DNA from: Vitrella brassicaformis CCMP3155
Taxonomy: Eukaryota; Protista; Chromerida
NCBI GenBank assembly: GCA_001179505.1
Contig: CDMY01000606.1
Location: 1-43,776, forward strand
Direction: 5' to 3'
DNA: 43,776 nt
Part shown: piece by piece, positions 11,919 through 26,898 of the stretch
Numbering within the stretch: the first letter of the stretch is position 1
Layout of the letters: the number at the start of each line of letters is the position of its first letter
Notes under the pieces: model-generated
Told to the model about the DNA's origin: nothing
The model's database searches: none
Seen by the model: the letters and a program-made list of their open reading frames with translations, nothing else
Translations under genes and position numbers: made by a program

Positions 11919-13978
11919 CTACTCCTCCTGGTCCGCGCCATTGCCATACAGCTGGCCGTCTGCCTCCTCGTCGCCATCGCTGTCGCCATCGCTGTCGCTG
12001 CCGCTGTCGCTGTCGCTAACGTGGGTGGCCCGGTCATCCTCACCCCCACCAGGCTCAGGGACCACGTGAATCACACCCGCCTGAATCAAGGCCTCCAGAC
12101 GCTGTGCGTCGACGCGAGCTGTGAAGTGGTCAATGTGGATCGCCATTGTCTGAATGAATGAACCCAAGAGCACACAAGAGACAGACAACACACTGACAGT
12201 GTGTGTTCGCGTGGTGTCCCATACACACACGGTGCCGTGCAGGCAGGCAGGCCACCTGCTCTGCGATGTTCCCGTCAGTCCTTGTGTGCCTGCAGCTCGA
12301 CCAACTTGTCCACATCGCCGGCCTGCAAGGAGGTCAGAGCAAGGTAGACAGCCGTGTGAATGAATGGTACCCGCTGTCCGTCGCTCTCTCTCTCGTCCAC
12401 TCACCTGCTCAATTTGTGGGTGGTAGGGGTTGTCGGGGAGGCCCTCATCCAATTGGCCTGCTTCTGCCGACCCGCACTGCACACACCCAGACAACACACA
12501 TCGGCAGCACACAACTGGTAGGGGGGCTAGCGATGGACATGTACTTCCGTGTAGTGGACCTAACTTAGCATCTGCCACAGCACGTGCCACAGCATCCTGA
12601 GCGTGATACCCGTGGAGGCATTGTGGTTGCTGTCCTTATTGAGCAGGCCAAGAGGGGCGCTGAATTCCCCCACACTCAGCCACATGCTCAATCTGCACAA
12701 ACGGATACGCAATCAGACACGTCAATGTGGGGCTATGTGCGGTGTGTGTCTTGGAGATCGCTGGCTCCCATACGCACCTGTCGCTGTGATCCTCGGGCTA
12801 CAATTCTTCCGATGGTCCTTGCTGCCGTGCCGGAAAGCTCCGCGCTGACCGCCGCGTCGACGAGCAGAGGAAATAAATCAGGATCGATGACAGCCTGCAG
12901 GTGAGCAGGACTACCTGCACCCAAGCGGTCCACACCAAACAGCACAGCACCTTACTCGTGACGCCGCAGGATGGCATGTGTGTGGCCGTCTTACCTCCAG
13001 TTACGAACGCCATCGTCAGGCATCCGGTGAGTCTCATTTGTGGCTCAGCTGACTGCCACGGCGGCACACTCGACCAACATATCACGGTCGGCATCGGTAC
13101 CTATGAGGGCCAGGGAATCACCAATCAGAGGCAAGCAGGGCGTATACAGCGATCAGCCGTGGAGGCAGCCAAAGGTGGCGGTTCGTCCCCGCACTGACCT
13201 TGGCCCTCGATACACGCCCAGGCACACAACTCCGCCACGTACCCCCATCACCCGAACACGGTCGCCCTCATCAGTCGCACTGGTGAAACTTGCCAGTATG
13301 GGCACGAAGGGCGCCAGCTTGGCCAGTGGAGGCAGGGGCGGCCGGACACTCCACAGGGTGAAGAGCAGCTGGACACCTCTGGCGAGCACCTTGATGCTGC
13401 TGCTCTCGCGCATCGCCTTCAGCAGCGGCTCCAGGACGCCTGCGGCCGCCACAACGGCATCGCGACCGGTCACTGATCCCTTCGTGACGTTGCACAGCGC
13501 CTCGATGGCCTCTGTACGCACATCATCATCGGGTGACGACACGAGCTGCACCAGCGGCGGGACCGCACTGGCATCCACCACGCCCGCGGCATGACGCAGC
13601 GCCAGTCTGCTAAGGAGTCTGCCACACTCTCCAGCTCCTCGCGCCCGCTCAGCTGCTCGACCAAGACAGGCACCACAACGACGTCGACGGCCTTCTGCTC
13701 CATTGTGGAGGCCATGTGGTTGATGCTCAACAGGCGGAGAAGCTGATACATGGCGCGGGACCAGAGTTGCTGATCGCTCGCCGACGCCGTCAGGTGGCAG
13801 ATGTCGGTCATGACGGCGGTGATCTCGGTCTCGACGGCATCCAGCCCTCGCTGGTGGACGGCCTGGTCGTAGGCGCCTTGGTGTGGATGGCATCGACCAA
13901 TTTGCCCGCCTTGACCCGCACTGCTTGGGGCGACGGATGGTCATCTTTGGCCTCGGCTGTGCCGCCCGCCGACTCCAT
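11919..13978 (-). pseudogene. Armadillo-repeat / importin-alpha-like gene, frameshifted
   Basis: ARM-like segments VVDASAVPPLVQLVSSPDDDVRTEAIEALCNVTKGS, AAAGVLEPLLKAM and QAVIDPDLFPLLVDAAVSAELSGTAARTIGRIVARGSQRQ, plus an acidic last exon (DSDSGSDSDGDSDGDEE...QEE*). Frame breaks near 13870 and 13615, the latter from a 7-nt indel relative to the copy at 42090. Confidence 0.7.
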
Positions 13979-15295
13979 TGCCTCACAGCTGCAAAGACCG
14001 ACACACAGACATACACGCGCAGAATGGTCCGTGCCTGCTCCGATGTCACGACTCACACCTGCAGAAGAAATGACACAGATCAGGGCTGCCCGTGGATGCT
14101 TTCTGCATGGCTGCTCACTCACTGACAGAGATCTCCTCCAGCCCAACGAGATGCGAATTGACTCGAGTGGCCGATGCCGCAATTGGGGCCAAGCTACTAG
14201 CACTCCCTTCGGTTCCGTTGCGGGGCTCATGGGCTTTTACATGCATTTCAACGTAACGAGTCCCGCCCGACGGAGAATGACCGAGAACACTGTTTGTCCT
14301 CTCTCACCCGTGCGGGGGACTGTGAGGGTCCTTCAAGAAGATGGCGATGAACCATGCAGTGATGTGTCTGATGTGCGCAGCAACTGGTCCCACCCCGGCC
14401 TTCGAACCAATCTGGTAGACGAACAGAACGACAATGAGGACAAGGGAGCAGCTGATGGCGGTCACGTTATGACCAACGCACAAGTGCGGGGGACTGCGAG
14501 ACTCTTTCAAGTGGATGGCGATGAACCATGCGATGTGAGCAGCAGCTCGTCCCTGCCCAGCCTTGGAAACAATCCGCTGGACGAACGACAGAATAGCAAC
14601 GAGGATAAGGGGGCAGCTGATGGCGACCACATCAACATCACAGCGTACCAGCACGGGGACGAAAGACGACGGGCGTCACTCAACTCAACCACAACCACCG
14701 CAACGGCAGGGCAGACAAACATCGCAGTCAACGACAGCAACAAGGCGGCCGGGAAGCAAGAGGAGGGCCGTGTGTTGCCTGGCGAGGAGCGAGCGATGGA
14801 TGCATTAGTTCGCGAGTTCCGTGAGGCGGCTGGCTATGATGCTGCTTACGAGGAATTCGACACGACGCTCGTGTACAGGACGGTGGCGGACCCCGACGGC
14901 AGAACACGAGAGGTGCTCGTGGGTGCACACTTTGCCCCCGAACCTCTGAGGATCACCGTCAGACGAGTTATGAAAGTCATCATGCGGCAGCTGGGGATGG
15001 CTCTTGGCATCGCGGCGCTTCTCGTTCTTTACACACTCGCTCTTCGGCAATTCGCATGCCGATCACTTTTCGACCTGGGTCCCGCTTTCGACGTCATCCG
15101 TCGTATTGTGGCATGCCCGGTAATCCTGTTCTACCTGCATATTACTGAGGGAGTGGATCTACGGATGATGCTCTCCAGGCTGAAGGAATGCCGGCTCATC
15201 TTCGCCGTTCTGATGATGGTGTCCATCCTGATTGCTGTCGCCCACCAAGCGCACGGGAAGGGAACTTGGAGGAGACGCATTATCACACCAATGTG
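12966..15295 (+). repeat. Segmental duplication, copy A (partner 41433-43776)
   Basis: Near-continuous high nucleotide identity from gcaggatg at 12966/41433 to tatcacaccaatgtg at 15295/43776. Confidence 0.95.
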
Positions 15296-16805
15296 GTGGA
15301 GCTGTATGATCATTTGCCCCTACCTCTACTTCCGCCAGGTGGCTGGATCCCAGGTGGCTGGATCCATAGGCATCAAGCACAAGCAGGAATATGCACTGAA
15401 AGGCACCATTGTCTTTGCGCTGAGCTTCACTTCGACCACGCTCCTAGAGACGATCTTCTTCCCCCTTGCAGCCGCTGCACATACCGATAAGAGACAACTT
15501 CATATAGCGGTCTCATTTGTCTTAATGTTCTTGCCGGTTGTATCACTGGTGAACAAGCTTATCAGATCAATTAAGGTACATATATAGCGAAGCCAGCCCA
15601 ATAATTCCGATATGTACACGTGCTTGTTCTCTCACACAGGAGGGCCCCCCAACCTTGAATTCTCACATGATAGTTGGGCCTGCGGTAATATACGTGGTGG
15701 CACCAAAATGCCTCCAAGCAGACATGGCGGGCTTAGATAGCAAGCTCATATACTCTATCTTGATTGCCCTGTAAGCTGGCTATAGACGAAAACATGAATG
15801 AGACATATTACTATTCATCGCTGTCCGCCTTCAGCCTGGATCTCATCACGGATATACTACTTCCATACTGTGCGTCAGCCATGTAGTAGTGGCATGTACA
15901 TATGAATGGACTTCTTGGATGCTTCTCTTTATAGCTGTCTATCCTCTCTTGGATGAATGCAGACATATTGCTCTACGTTTTCGCAAGAAGGTTCTTCATG
16001 AGCGGCCACTGCAACAGACCCAAACCCACTGCACAGCAGACAGCACAGGCAGGGACACCACAGGCGACGGACCCTCCTCCCTTTACTGACATCGCGACCG
16101 CTGCAGTTGACAATGCGATAAGCGATCGACCACTTAGACACAAAGACAACAACGCTTCAAGACTCCAGCACAGCGGGACGACGAGCAGTCACCTGAGGCG
16201 GCAGACCACATTAATGACAGCAGCCCTTTCCTTCATTAGCACGGAGCCAGCGACTGTCAACGTGCAGTCAGCTTTGGCGTCTCTGGAAGTCTCAGCTCGC
16301 TACCTCCGCACCCTGTCAGACCAAATCAGGCTGTACTCTCTCATCGAAGTCACCGGGCTGCTCTACACCAACCTGACTTTGTTAATTACTAACCAAATAA
16401 TGGGCACCGCGTCATCTCTCGCTTTTGTGCAAGGAATTGGGGGCCTGTTCGTGCTGGTCAGCATCGAATGCGCTTTCGAAGCGGTTCTCTTTCTCGTGAT
16501 GGTCCGATGGAACAACATCCCTCTGCTGTCATCCAGTTACGAGAAAGGCGTCACATGGTGCGGATTTTTTACGTGCTTATGGATGATGACCCGCGGGTAA
16601 GCTGCGATCGAGACACACACTATTATATGCTGCAAGAATGGACCCTTGTCTGCCTTTCCTGTCTGTCTGTCTGTCTGTATGTCTGTTCAGTGTGTCGCTT
16701 ATGATTCCGTATCTTGAAGTCTTTGTACTTCGTGGGGCGGATGCTGACAAGTGGGGCGAGCTTCAGCCTGAAGATGTGTGCCCATATTTCTCGTTTATTT
16801 TCTAA
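14277..16805 (+). CDS. Multi-pass membrane protein of unknown function with acidic repeated N-terminal region
   Basis: The long first exon to ~15574 encodes several hydrophobic helices (QLGMALGIAALLVLYTLAL; LIFAVLMMVSILIAVA; IVFALSFTSTTLLETIFFPL). Later exons include RYLRTLSDQIRLYSLIEVTGLL...IECAFEAVLFLVMVRWNNIPLL, and the last exon ...VSLMIPYLEVF...FSFIF* (TAA 16803-16805) joins in phase. ATG 14277 was chosen because the duplicate keeps frame only from this ATG. Confidence 0.7.
14310..14630 (+). repeat. Internal tandem duplication (~174 nt, 58 aa) within the membrane-protein gene
   Basis: VRGTVRVLQEDGDEPC...NEDKGAADG at 14310 and VRGTARLFQVDGDEPC...NEDKGAADG at 14484. Confidence 0.9.
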
Positions 16806-17315
16806 GGAGACACCGGCACCGTTCATTCGTTTGCTTACTCGGTGGTGTACAGGTGATTGGCCTTCTCTAGGCCGTCTACCTATAGTATGGGGACACACGA
16901 TGCGTGCTTGCTTCATTACTCGGTCAAATCAACCCCAAATCACCTCCATCCGCCCCCTGCTCATCCGGTTCATCAAAAACCCTACGTTGGACGCACTGCA
17001 GCCCTTATAGCGAGCTTTTGGGCGAGCTATCAGGGTTACAAGTGCACGCAATGTGTACACAATACAGCTGCAGCAACACAGACACAATGACATGTGTCTG
17101 TGCGGGCGAGGGGCGTGCTGTCTCTCTGTCTCCGCGTGAGTGTGTGTGTTCAAGCTGACTTTGAGCAGCTACGGCGAGTCAGTCGCTGTTGTCTGAATCT
17201 CTAATGACTCCTCGCGCCAGTGCAGGCTTGGCCAAGGCGTCTTCCCGGTCAGAAGATATAAGAACAACGCAGCACACTCGTCGGTGCACTCTAGACAGAC
17301 AGACAGACAGACAGT

Positions 17316-17346
<31 letters not shown>

Positions 17347-17816
17347 GCAGACAGACAGGCAGACAGGCCGCTCCGATGCAGCCAGCCATTCTTGCCAGCT
17401 TGTTTTGGTTTTTGCACCAGGAGTGGCGGCAGAGCGGATAATTGCCAGCGCCTTCTGAAGCTTGTGTGTGTTCTGGCCGGGCGTCTTGACCAGCATCACC
17501 AGCACACAGACACACTCCAGCAGAGGGAATGACGGCAGCAGTCGATTGTTGGTGAGCAGCTGCAAGCCTGCATCAGCAGCGCACCGCAGTTCTCGAGGAC
17601 TTCGACCTGCGCCTCAACGGGACCACCCTGATTGTTGCAAAGCCTCTCCAGCAGAATGGCTTCGCACGCCGCTGCCGAGTACCTGGCCCTGTGCTACAGG
17701 AAGGAGGCCACGCAGCAGCAGACTACCGCTGGACGACAGCAGCATGACAAGAGAGTGGGGACGCCGCCGGCGTCTATCAACTGGGGATCCGGATCCACTA
17801 CCCGACGAGGTGCGGC

Positions 17817-18010
17817 GAAAAGCTGGTGCTTCGGCCGGCGAGCTGGCCCTCCACTCAGAAAGCTGGCCCTCCACTCAGAAAGCTGGCCAGACACACAGAA
17901 AGCCAGCCAGCGCCACGGAAAGCCAGCTTTGCAGGCAGAAGGCCAGTTTATTAAACGGAAAGCCAGCTTTCCAAGTGGAAAGCCAGCTCTCCAGGCGGAA
18001 AGCTGGCTCA
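17817..18010. repeat. 20-bp-period array of ten GAAAGCYRGC-like motifs with overall dyad symmetry
   Basis: AGCTGG/AGCCAG cores start at 17821, 17841, 17861, 17881, 17901, 17921, 17941 (GGCCAG), 17961, 17981 and 18001, separated by variable ~10-bp linkers. Confidence 0.9.
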
Positions 18011-18257
18011 AAATCGGCGGTTTTGGACAAGCAGAAGGACCGGAGGAGCTCTCTCGTTCACGAAGCACATTTGCTTGTCTTCTGCCTCCCTGCCTCGTTC
18101 GAGATAAATGGAACATCCGGCGGGAGATCTCAGCTGCCGCACACCCCCACACACAGCGGGAGTGCCGTCCGGGCCGAGTGGACAGGATGAGCGAATTCTT
18201 CGACGTCTGCGAGCTTGACCCGTGTCATTGAAGGCCTCCCTGTGTCGTGTGGGCGCG

Positions 18258-19694
18258 ATGATGCTGGATCAGCAGGAGCAGCAACCACAGCAGCATCCCT
18301 TCGCGTACATCTTCGTTGGCCGGCGCACCATCTACCTCCTCAGCCTCACAGACATACTCCAGCTGAAAGCCACCTGCACATGCCTCAGAGGTCTCTTCGG
18401 AGCGGCCCAGCTGAGAGATCGGCTCCGCCACTCTGTCGACTCACAGGCGGGGCTGCGGCGGGTGGTCAACGGGCAGCAAGTGCAGCTGGTGCGGTTCGAC
18501 GATGACCAGTTCGGCGTGTGTAATCTGCTGGCGGCTGTGTGTGTGATGGAGGAGGGAGAGTGGGTGGAGATCGGCGAGGTGATTGAGCTGGCGGGGCAGT
18601 GCGGCCACTGTGAGCTGTCTGTCATCCTCACAGCCGATGACATCCACACACACATCAACAAGACGGTAAGACACACGCAGAGGGGAGGGGAGAGAACAGA
18701 GAGGCCTCATTCCTGTCTGTCTGTGTGTGTGTGTGTGTGTGGTGTAGGCGTATGGATCGTTAGCTCGTGTGTTGGCGCAGCTGATGGTGGTCGGCCGCCA
18801 CATAGACTTCGGTTGCTGGGGCCGCCTGCAGACCTTCCGCCGCAATGGTAGGGTGCTGGCCATCGAGGACTGGTCCGGCTTCCGGCTGGACGTCGACCCG
18901 CCCCTCCCCGCCGGCCATCTGTATCAGCAGCATCGACTAGAGCATGACCCACCGGTGAAAAACCGCATCGACCACATCGACGGCGGATGGCTGTCGAGCT
19001 GGCCGTCCACCGATGCGTCGGTGTCGTCATTCGCCAAGCGTGTGATCCTCGACACCTTCACATGGACTCCCCAGATCCCTTGCACATCGATACTCCTCAA
19101 CAGGTGACACACCAATGGCACCAGTGGGTGCGTGTGTGATTGTGTGTGTGTGGTTGGTTCAGGCGTGTTGGAGGCGGCCGTCTGAATGGCCTCCTCACCC
19201 AGTCGCCCCACACACCGGTGGCCGGATGCACCAGCACATTCAGCTGTGGCGACGGTTATGTGCGAGTTCTGGTGCTCACCGACAGCAGCCACGACTTCGT
19301 CGCGTGGATTACCATTGCGGATCAGGGAAACGACAATGGTCAGGCCGACAGACAGGCAGCTCTGCTGGTAAAGTGTCATCAGTGTTTTCTGTGTGTCATT
19401 GTGTGCAGTGAGGGTTAGTGTCGAGACGACCGAAGTTCCTGTGTGCGCGAGTGGTGCTTTCAAGGACCGCTTCCCCGTGACCCCTCAGCTGGCCCGTGTG
19501 GCGTTGGGGCGAGTGGCGCCATACGTCTTCGACGGACAAGTAGCCGATGACAGCGACGATGATAGCGATGATGGTACGCACACACATGGTGGCCATGGAT
19601 GGATGGCATTTCTTCTCTGTCTGTCTTTGGCTGTGGTGTAGATTCCGACGCCCATGGCGGCGGTTGGGAGGATATGGATGACGACAGCGAGTGA
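18258..19694 (+). CDS. Expanded-family member with F-box-like N-terminus and acidic tail, apparently intact
   Basis: Exons 18258-18665, 18748-19103, 19163-19338, 19409-~19573 and 19642-19694 (TGA). N-terminus HPFAYIFVGRRTIYLLSLTDILQLKATCTCLRGLF. Intron positions are shared with paralogs. Confidence 0.8.
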
Positions 19695-20450
19695 GAGGAC
19701 AGCCGAGGTACGCAGCCATACACACGACACACAGGCCTGCACGTCGACCTGCGTCACATTCTGTGTGTGTGTGTGTGTGTGGTGCCTTCGGCAGGTGACC
19801 GCGGCGTAGCTGAGGCGGAGAGCGGCGACTGATCGATCCATCAGTCAGTAGTACTGGTGGTTGAGTGTGTGTGTCTGCCGTCAGGAGGGTATCTTTGGCT
19901 GCTGGCCGTCGTCAGTTATCTCTGTAGCGGATCCGTGACTCTGTCGACCAGCTGCTGATGTGTTAGTTACCGAATGTCTGGCTTGGCTCTGATGGTTGCG
20001 TGAGTCGGTCTATGGCTTCGCCTTTTTCTCCTTGGGTCTCTGTTCTCTATTTATGGTCCTCCCTCCCTCCGTCTATATCTGTGTGTGTCTGTCGGTTTGG
20101 GTGCGGTCCGCCGCGCTTCGGATGTGTGCGTTGTGCTGCATGGCTGGCTCACCACCTGCCGGATCTCTCTCTCGATGACTGCCTGGTTGACTGTGTCTGC
20201 TTGTGTGTGCCGTGACGGACATGTCAACTGAATGCTTCAACGACAATGAAACCTGCACGCAGGCAGGGAGGCAGGCAGGTAGCGTCACGCTGTCGTCAAA
20301 AGCATCGGACCAATCTGAAGCAATCAGTCTCAAGTCAAGTCAACTTCTGCCTTAACGATATGGCCGCCTCCAGCCATCACAACAACAACACAAATGCCCT
20401 CATGCCCCGCAGCCCCCTATATCTCATGCAGGCGTCTGTTTGCCGATCGG

Positions 20451-24151
<3,701 letters not shown>

Positions 24152-25276
24152 TGGTTGACAAGATGGATGGGCGGAGGTGTGCTCGTGCTTTCGGTGGGTG
24201 TGGGCGGTTTTATCTCTCTGCCTATATGTGTGTGTGGCGTTGTGGTGGGGGGGCGTTGGGTGGGTCGTTTTATGTCTATGGATGTCCATGTGAGTGGTGC
24301 GTCTGCGCGTTCGTCTGGTGAGGTGTCTGCGTGAAAGTGTGCTCTGTGTGTGGCGAGCTGTGTGGCTGACAATTTCTCCCGCGCCTCTGGCTGGCTGGCC
24401 GTTGGGCAGGGGAGGCGATGGCAGACGGTGAGGTAGCTCACCATAAGGTCGACGTCTTGATCTGGGCATCTGAGGACTGCATGAGTGACGTATGTGATGT
24501 GAGCGATGTGATCTGTGCCCTCTCCTGGCTGTGTCTTGTCGCGTAGGTCTTGTGCTCTGGAGGCGTCCTCCCCGCAGTTTCTTCTCTGCGTGGAGGACAC
24601 CTGCGAAGCGTGCGACCGACGCGACAAGACGCACCAGCGGCTGTGTTGTCTGTCTCATGGTGCGTGTGTGTTGGCAGATGCATGTGTGTGTGTGTGTGTG
24701 GATGGATGGACGACGGGATTGATGCGATGACATTTTTCGGCCTCTCCGATTTCAATTTAAGTTTTTGCAGTGAAACCACACGGATGGATGCAGTCCTAGC
24801 CAGCCGCGTGACAGACTTCTCACGCACACGGCGCCAAAGCCGCCCCATCAATGTACAAGTGTGTCAATAAGCTGATGTCTAATGAGGCGCAAGCCATCGG
24901 ATAAACACCCAGACACCCAGACAGAGGAAACGAGCCCAGGGAGAGCGTCAGAACACAAGACAGCTACATAGGGAGACACAGACAGCTACAGAGAGACAGC
25001 AGAGCAACTAGACAGACAGGCACCACTAAGGTGTATGTCGACTAATTCAGATGGATTGATGGATGGATGAGCGGCACACCATGCAACGCAGCCATAAAAT
25101 TCGGGTGTGTGTGAATGTCAGTACTGCGGTACGCACACACCACACAATGACAAGCACACAGCAAGCTCACACGCATCGCATACAGTGCACAGACCAAACG
25201 CACGGAGGCTCCACGCCGATTAGTCCTGACATAACAATCAGAAGACATTCTCACCGATGCACTTGCGTGTATGCGC

Positions 25277-25311
<35 letters not shown>

Positions 25312-25350
25312 TGTGCGCGTGTGTTTAGCTGACCTGTGGCGGCCGCGCAT

Positions 25351-26420
25351 CTATGATGGCTGAACGGATAGCGAGTACGGCGGGTCGACGGCAGCCAGCT
25401 CCGTCCTGATGCGGTGGAAGTCCGTCTTGCTAATTTTCAGCGGCGCACATAAGAAGTCCGCCTTGTTGATCAGCTGAGTCTTGACGTTACGGGCACGTAG
25501 GCGACTCTGCAAACGGAGCAGGCACACAGCTGGACGGATGTGCGTGTGTGCGTACGTTGGTAGAGCAATACTCGGCCATGCCCCTCTCGACGTCTCCTGT
25601 CCACGATGGCCGCGATCCGCGTCACTCACTCCTCGCGTGTCAGATACTCTGACAGCGACATGCGCTCGACGGCACCATTGGCCATGACCTCCAGGTGCAT
25701 TGCAACACGCCCCCGGACACAGCCATCGATGCAATGCGCTTCCCCTGACGTCAGTGCGAGTCGGTCCCCTTGCTTGTATGGTATCGATGTCTTGCTCACC
25801 AGTGCCTCACGACACACGCTCCACCACTCCGGCATGAAGAGCCACTCCCACTCGCCGACCAGAAGAGGCGCGCGCCTGGCCCACGCTCGTCCAGATCCAC
25901 GTCGCAGACGACGAAAGGGTGTGGCAGCAGCTTGCCGTCAGACTCGACCAGGTATGTCTCGAGGGCCCTGCTCACGGTGTCCTTGATGGCCTCCGTCTCG
26001 GGACGGATGCTGAAGACGTATGTGCACAAGCCTGAAGACGTCCTATGTGACGAAGCCTTGGTCATGGACAGCGCTGGCGCAGGGGGGACGGCGGGCAGCG
26101 TCGCTCTTCATCTGCACCGCCCCGTGGAGCGTATGCGGCGACACGTGCAGTGTGGGAAATGAGGTTTGCCGAAGGAAGGAGACAACCTCGTTGACGATCG
26201 TCTTCTGTGCCTTGGACAGCAGGTGCTGCAATTCGTCATCACGGGTGACCACAATGTTGCTCATCTCCTTGCAGTGGTCCTTGTGACGGGCAGACCAGTC
26301 GCTGGCCTGACAACTGTTGCAGTACTGTTAGTAGACAACGCCACATCCGCTTGCCGTCCACGAACGTTGCCGCAGTAGTTGCATCGGTTGGGGTCCTCAA
26401 GATCCGAAAGGGCGCTGGAA
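25351..26420 (-). pseudogene. Decayed MYND-type zinc-finger gene
   Basis: CNYCGN...(frameshift)...GCGVVY*QYCNSCQASDWSARHKDHCKE at 26268-26383 fits the MYND C-x2-C...YC..CQ..DW..HK..C pattern, with in-frame TAA at 26328-26330. Further frame breaks occur downstream. Confidence 0.65.
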
Positions 26421-26898
26421 GATGGTTGGTGCTGCTGGCAGGCACGGCACCCAAGCTGGCTGTTGGGCGCACCCCCTGAACAGGCGGCAGTAGAGGAGCG
26501 GTCCGGCACATCTTCCGACGGCATCTTGACAACGGCAGATGCAGAAGACCTGCAGCACCTCCTGCGTACTGGCAAATGCTAAGGATCTCTCCTGGGAGTG
26601 GCCACAAACGGAATTGAAGCTCGCAAGCGATCTTCGAGACGTCTTCCAGATCTGGCATTTTGACGTGTGCAGGAGGGAATTCAGCTGCTATGCGCTACTG
26701 CATTCGCTCTTGTTGAGCCAACGGACGAATCTCGAGTCGCCAAAAGCAACAACGCGACCGCCCTCTTGTCCGTGTGACTGAAGCGGCACGCTCCGGCGAG
26801 CACATCACAGCCAGCAGCCAGCTGCCTCTCTCCATCGCTCTCGAATCCTTCTCGCTGACCGAGCGTCCGACCACATTGTCTGGCTGTCGTGAGCAAGG

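Noticed and set aside
13716-14276. N-terminal 187 aa of the 623-aa ORF as real protein
   Set aside because: It largely overlaps the antisense ARM gene, and the duplicate has a 4-nt indel just upstream of MTENT that breaks this frame.
17817-18010. CRISPR array
   Set aside because: The conserved part is only ~10 bp with ~10-bp linkers, some units are identical, there are no cas genes, and the context is eukaryotic.
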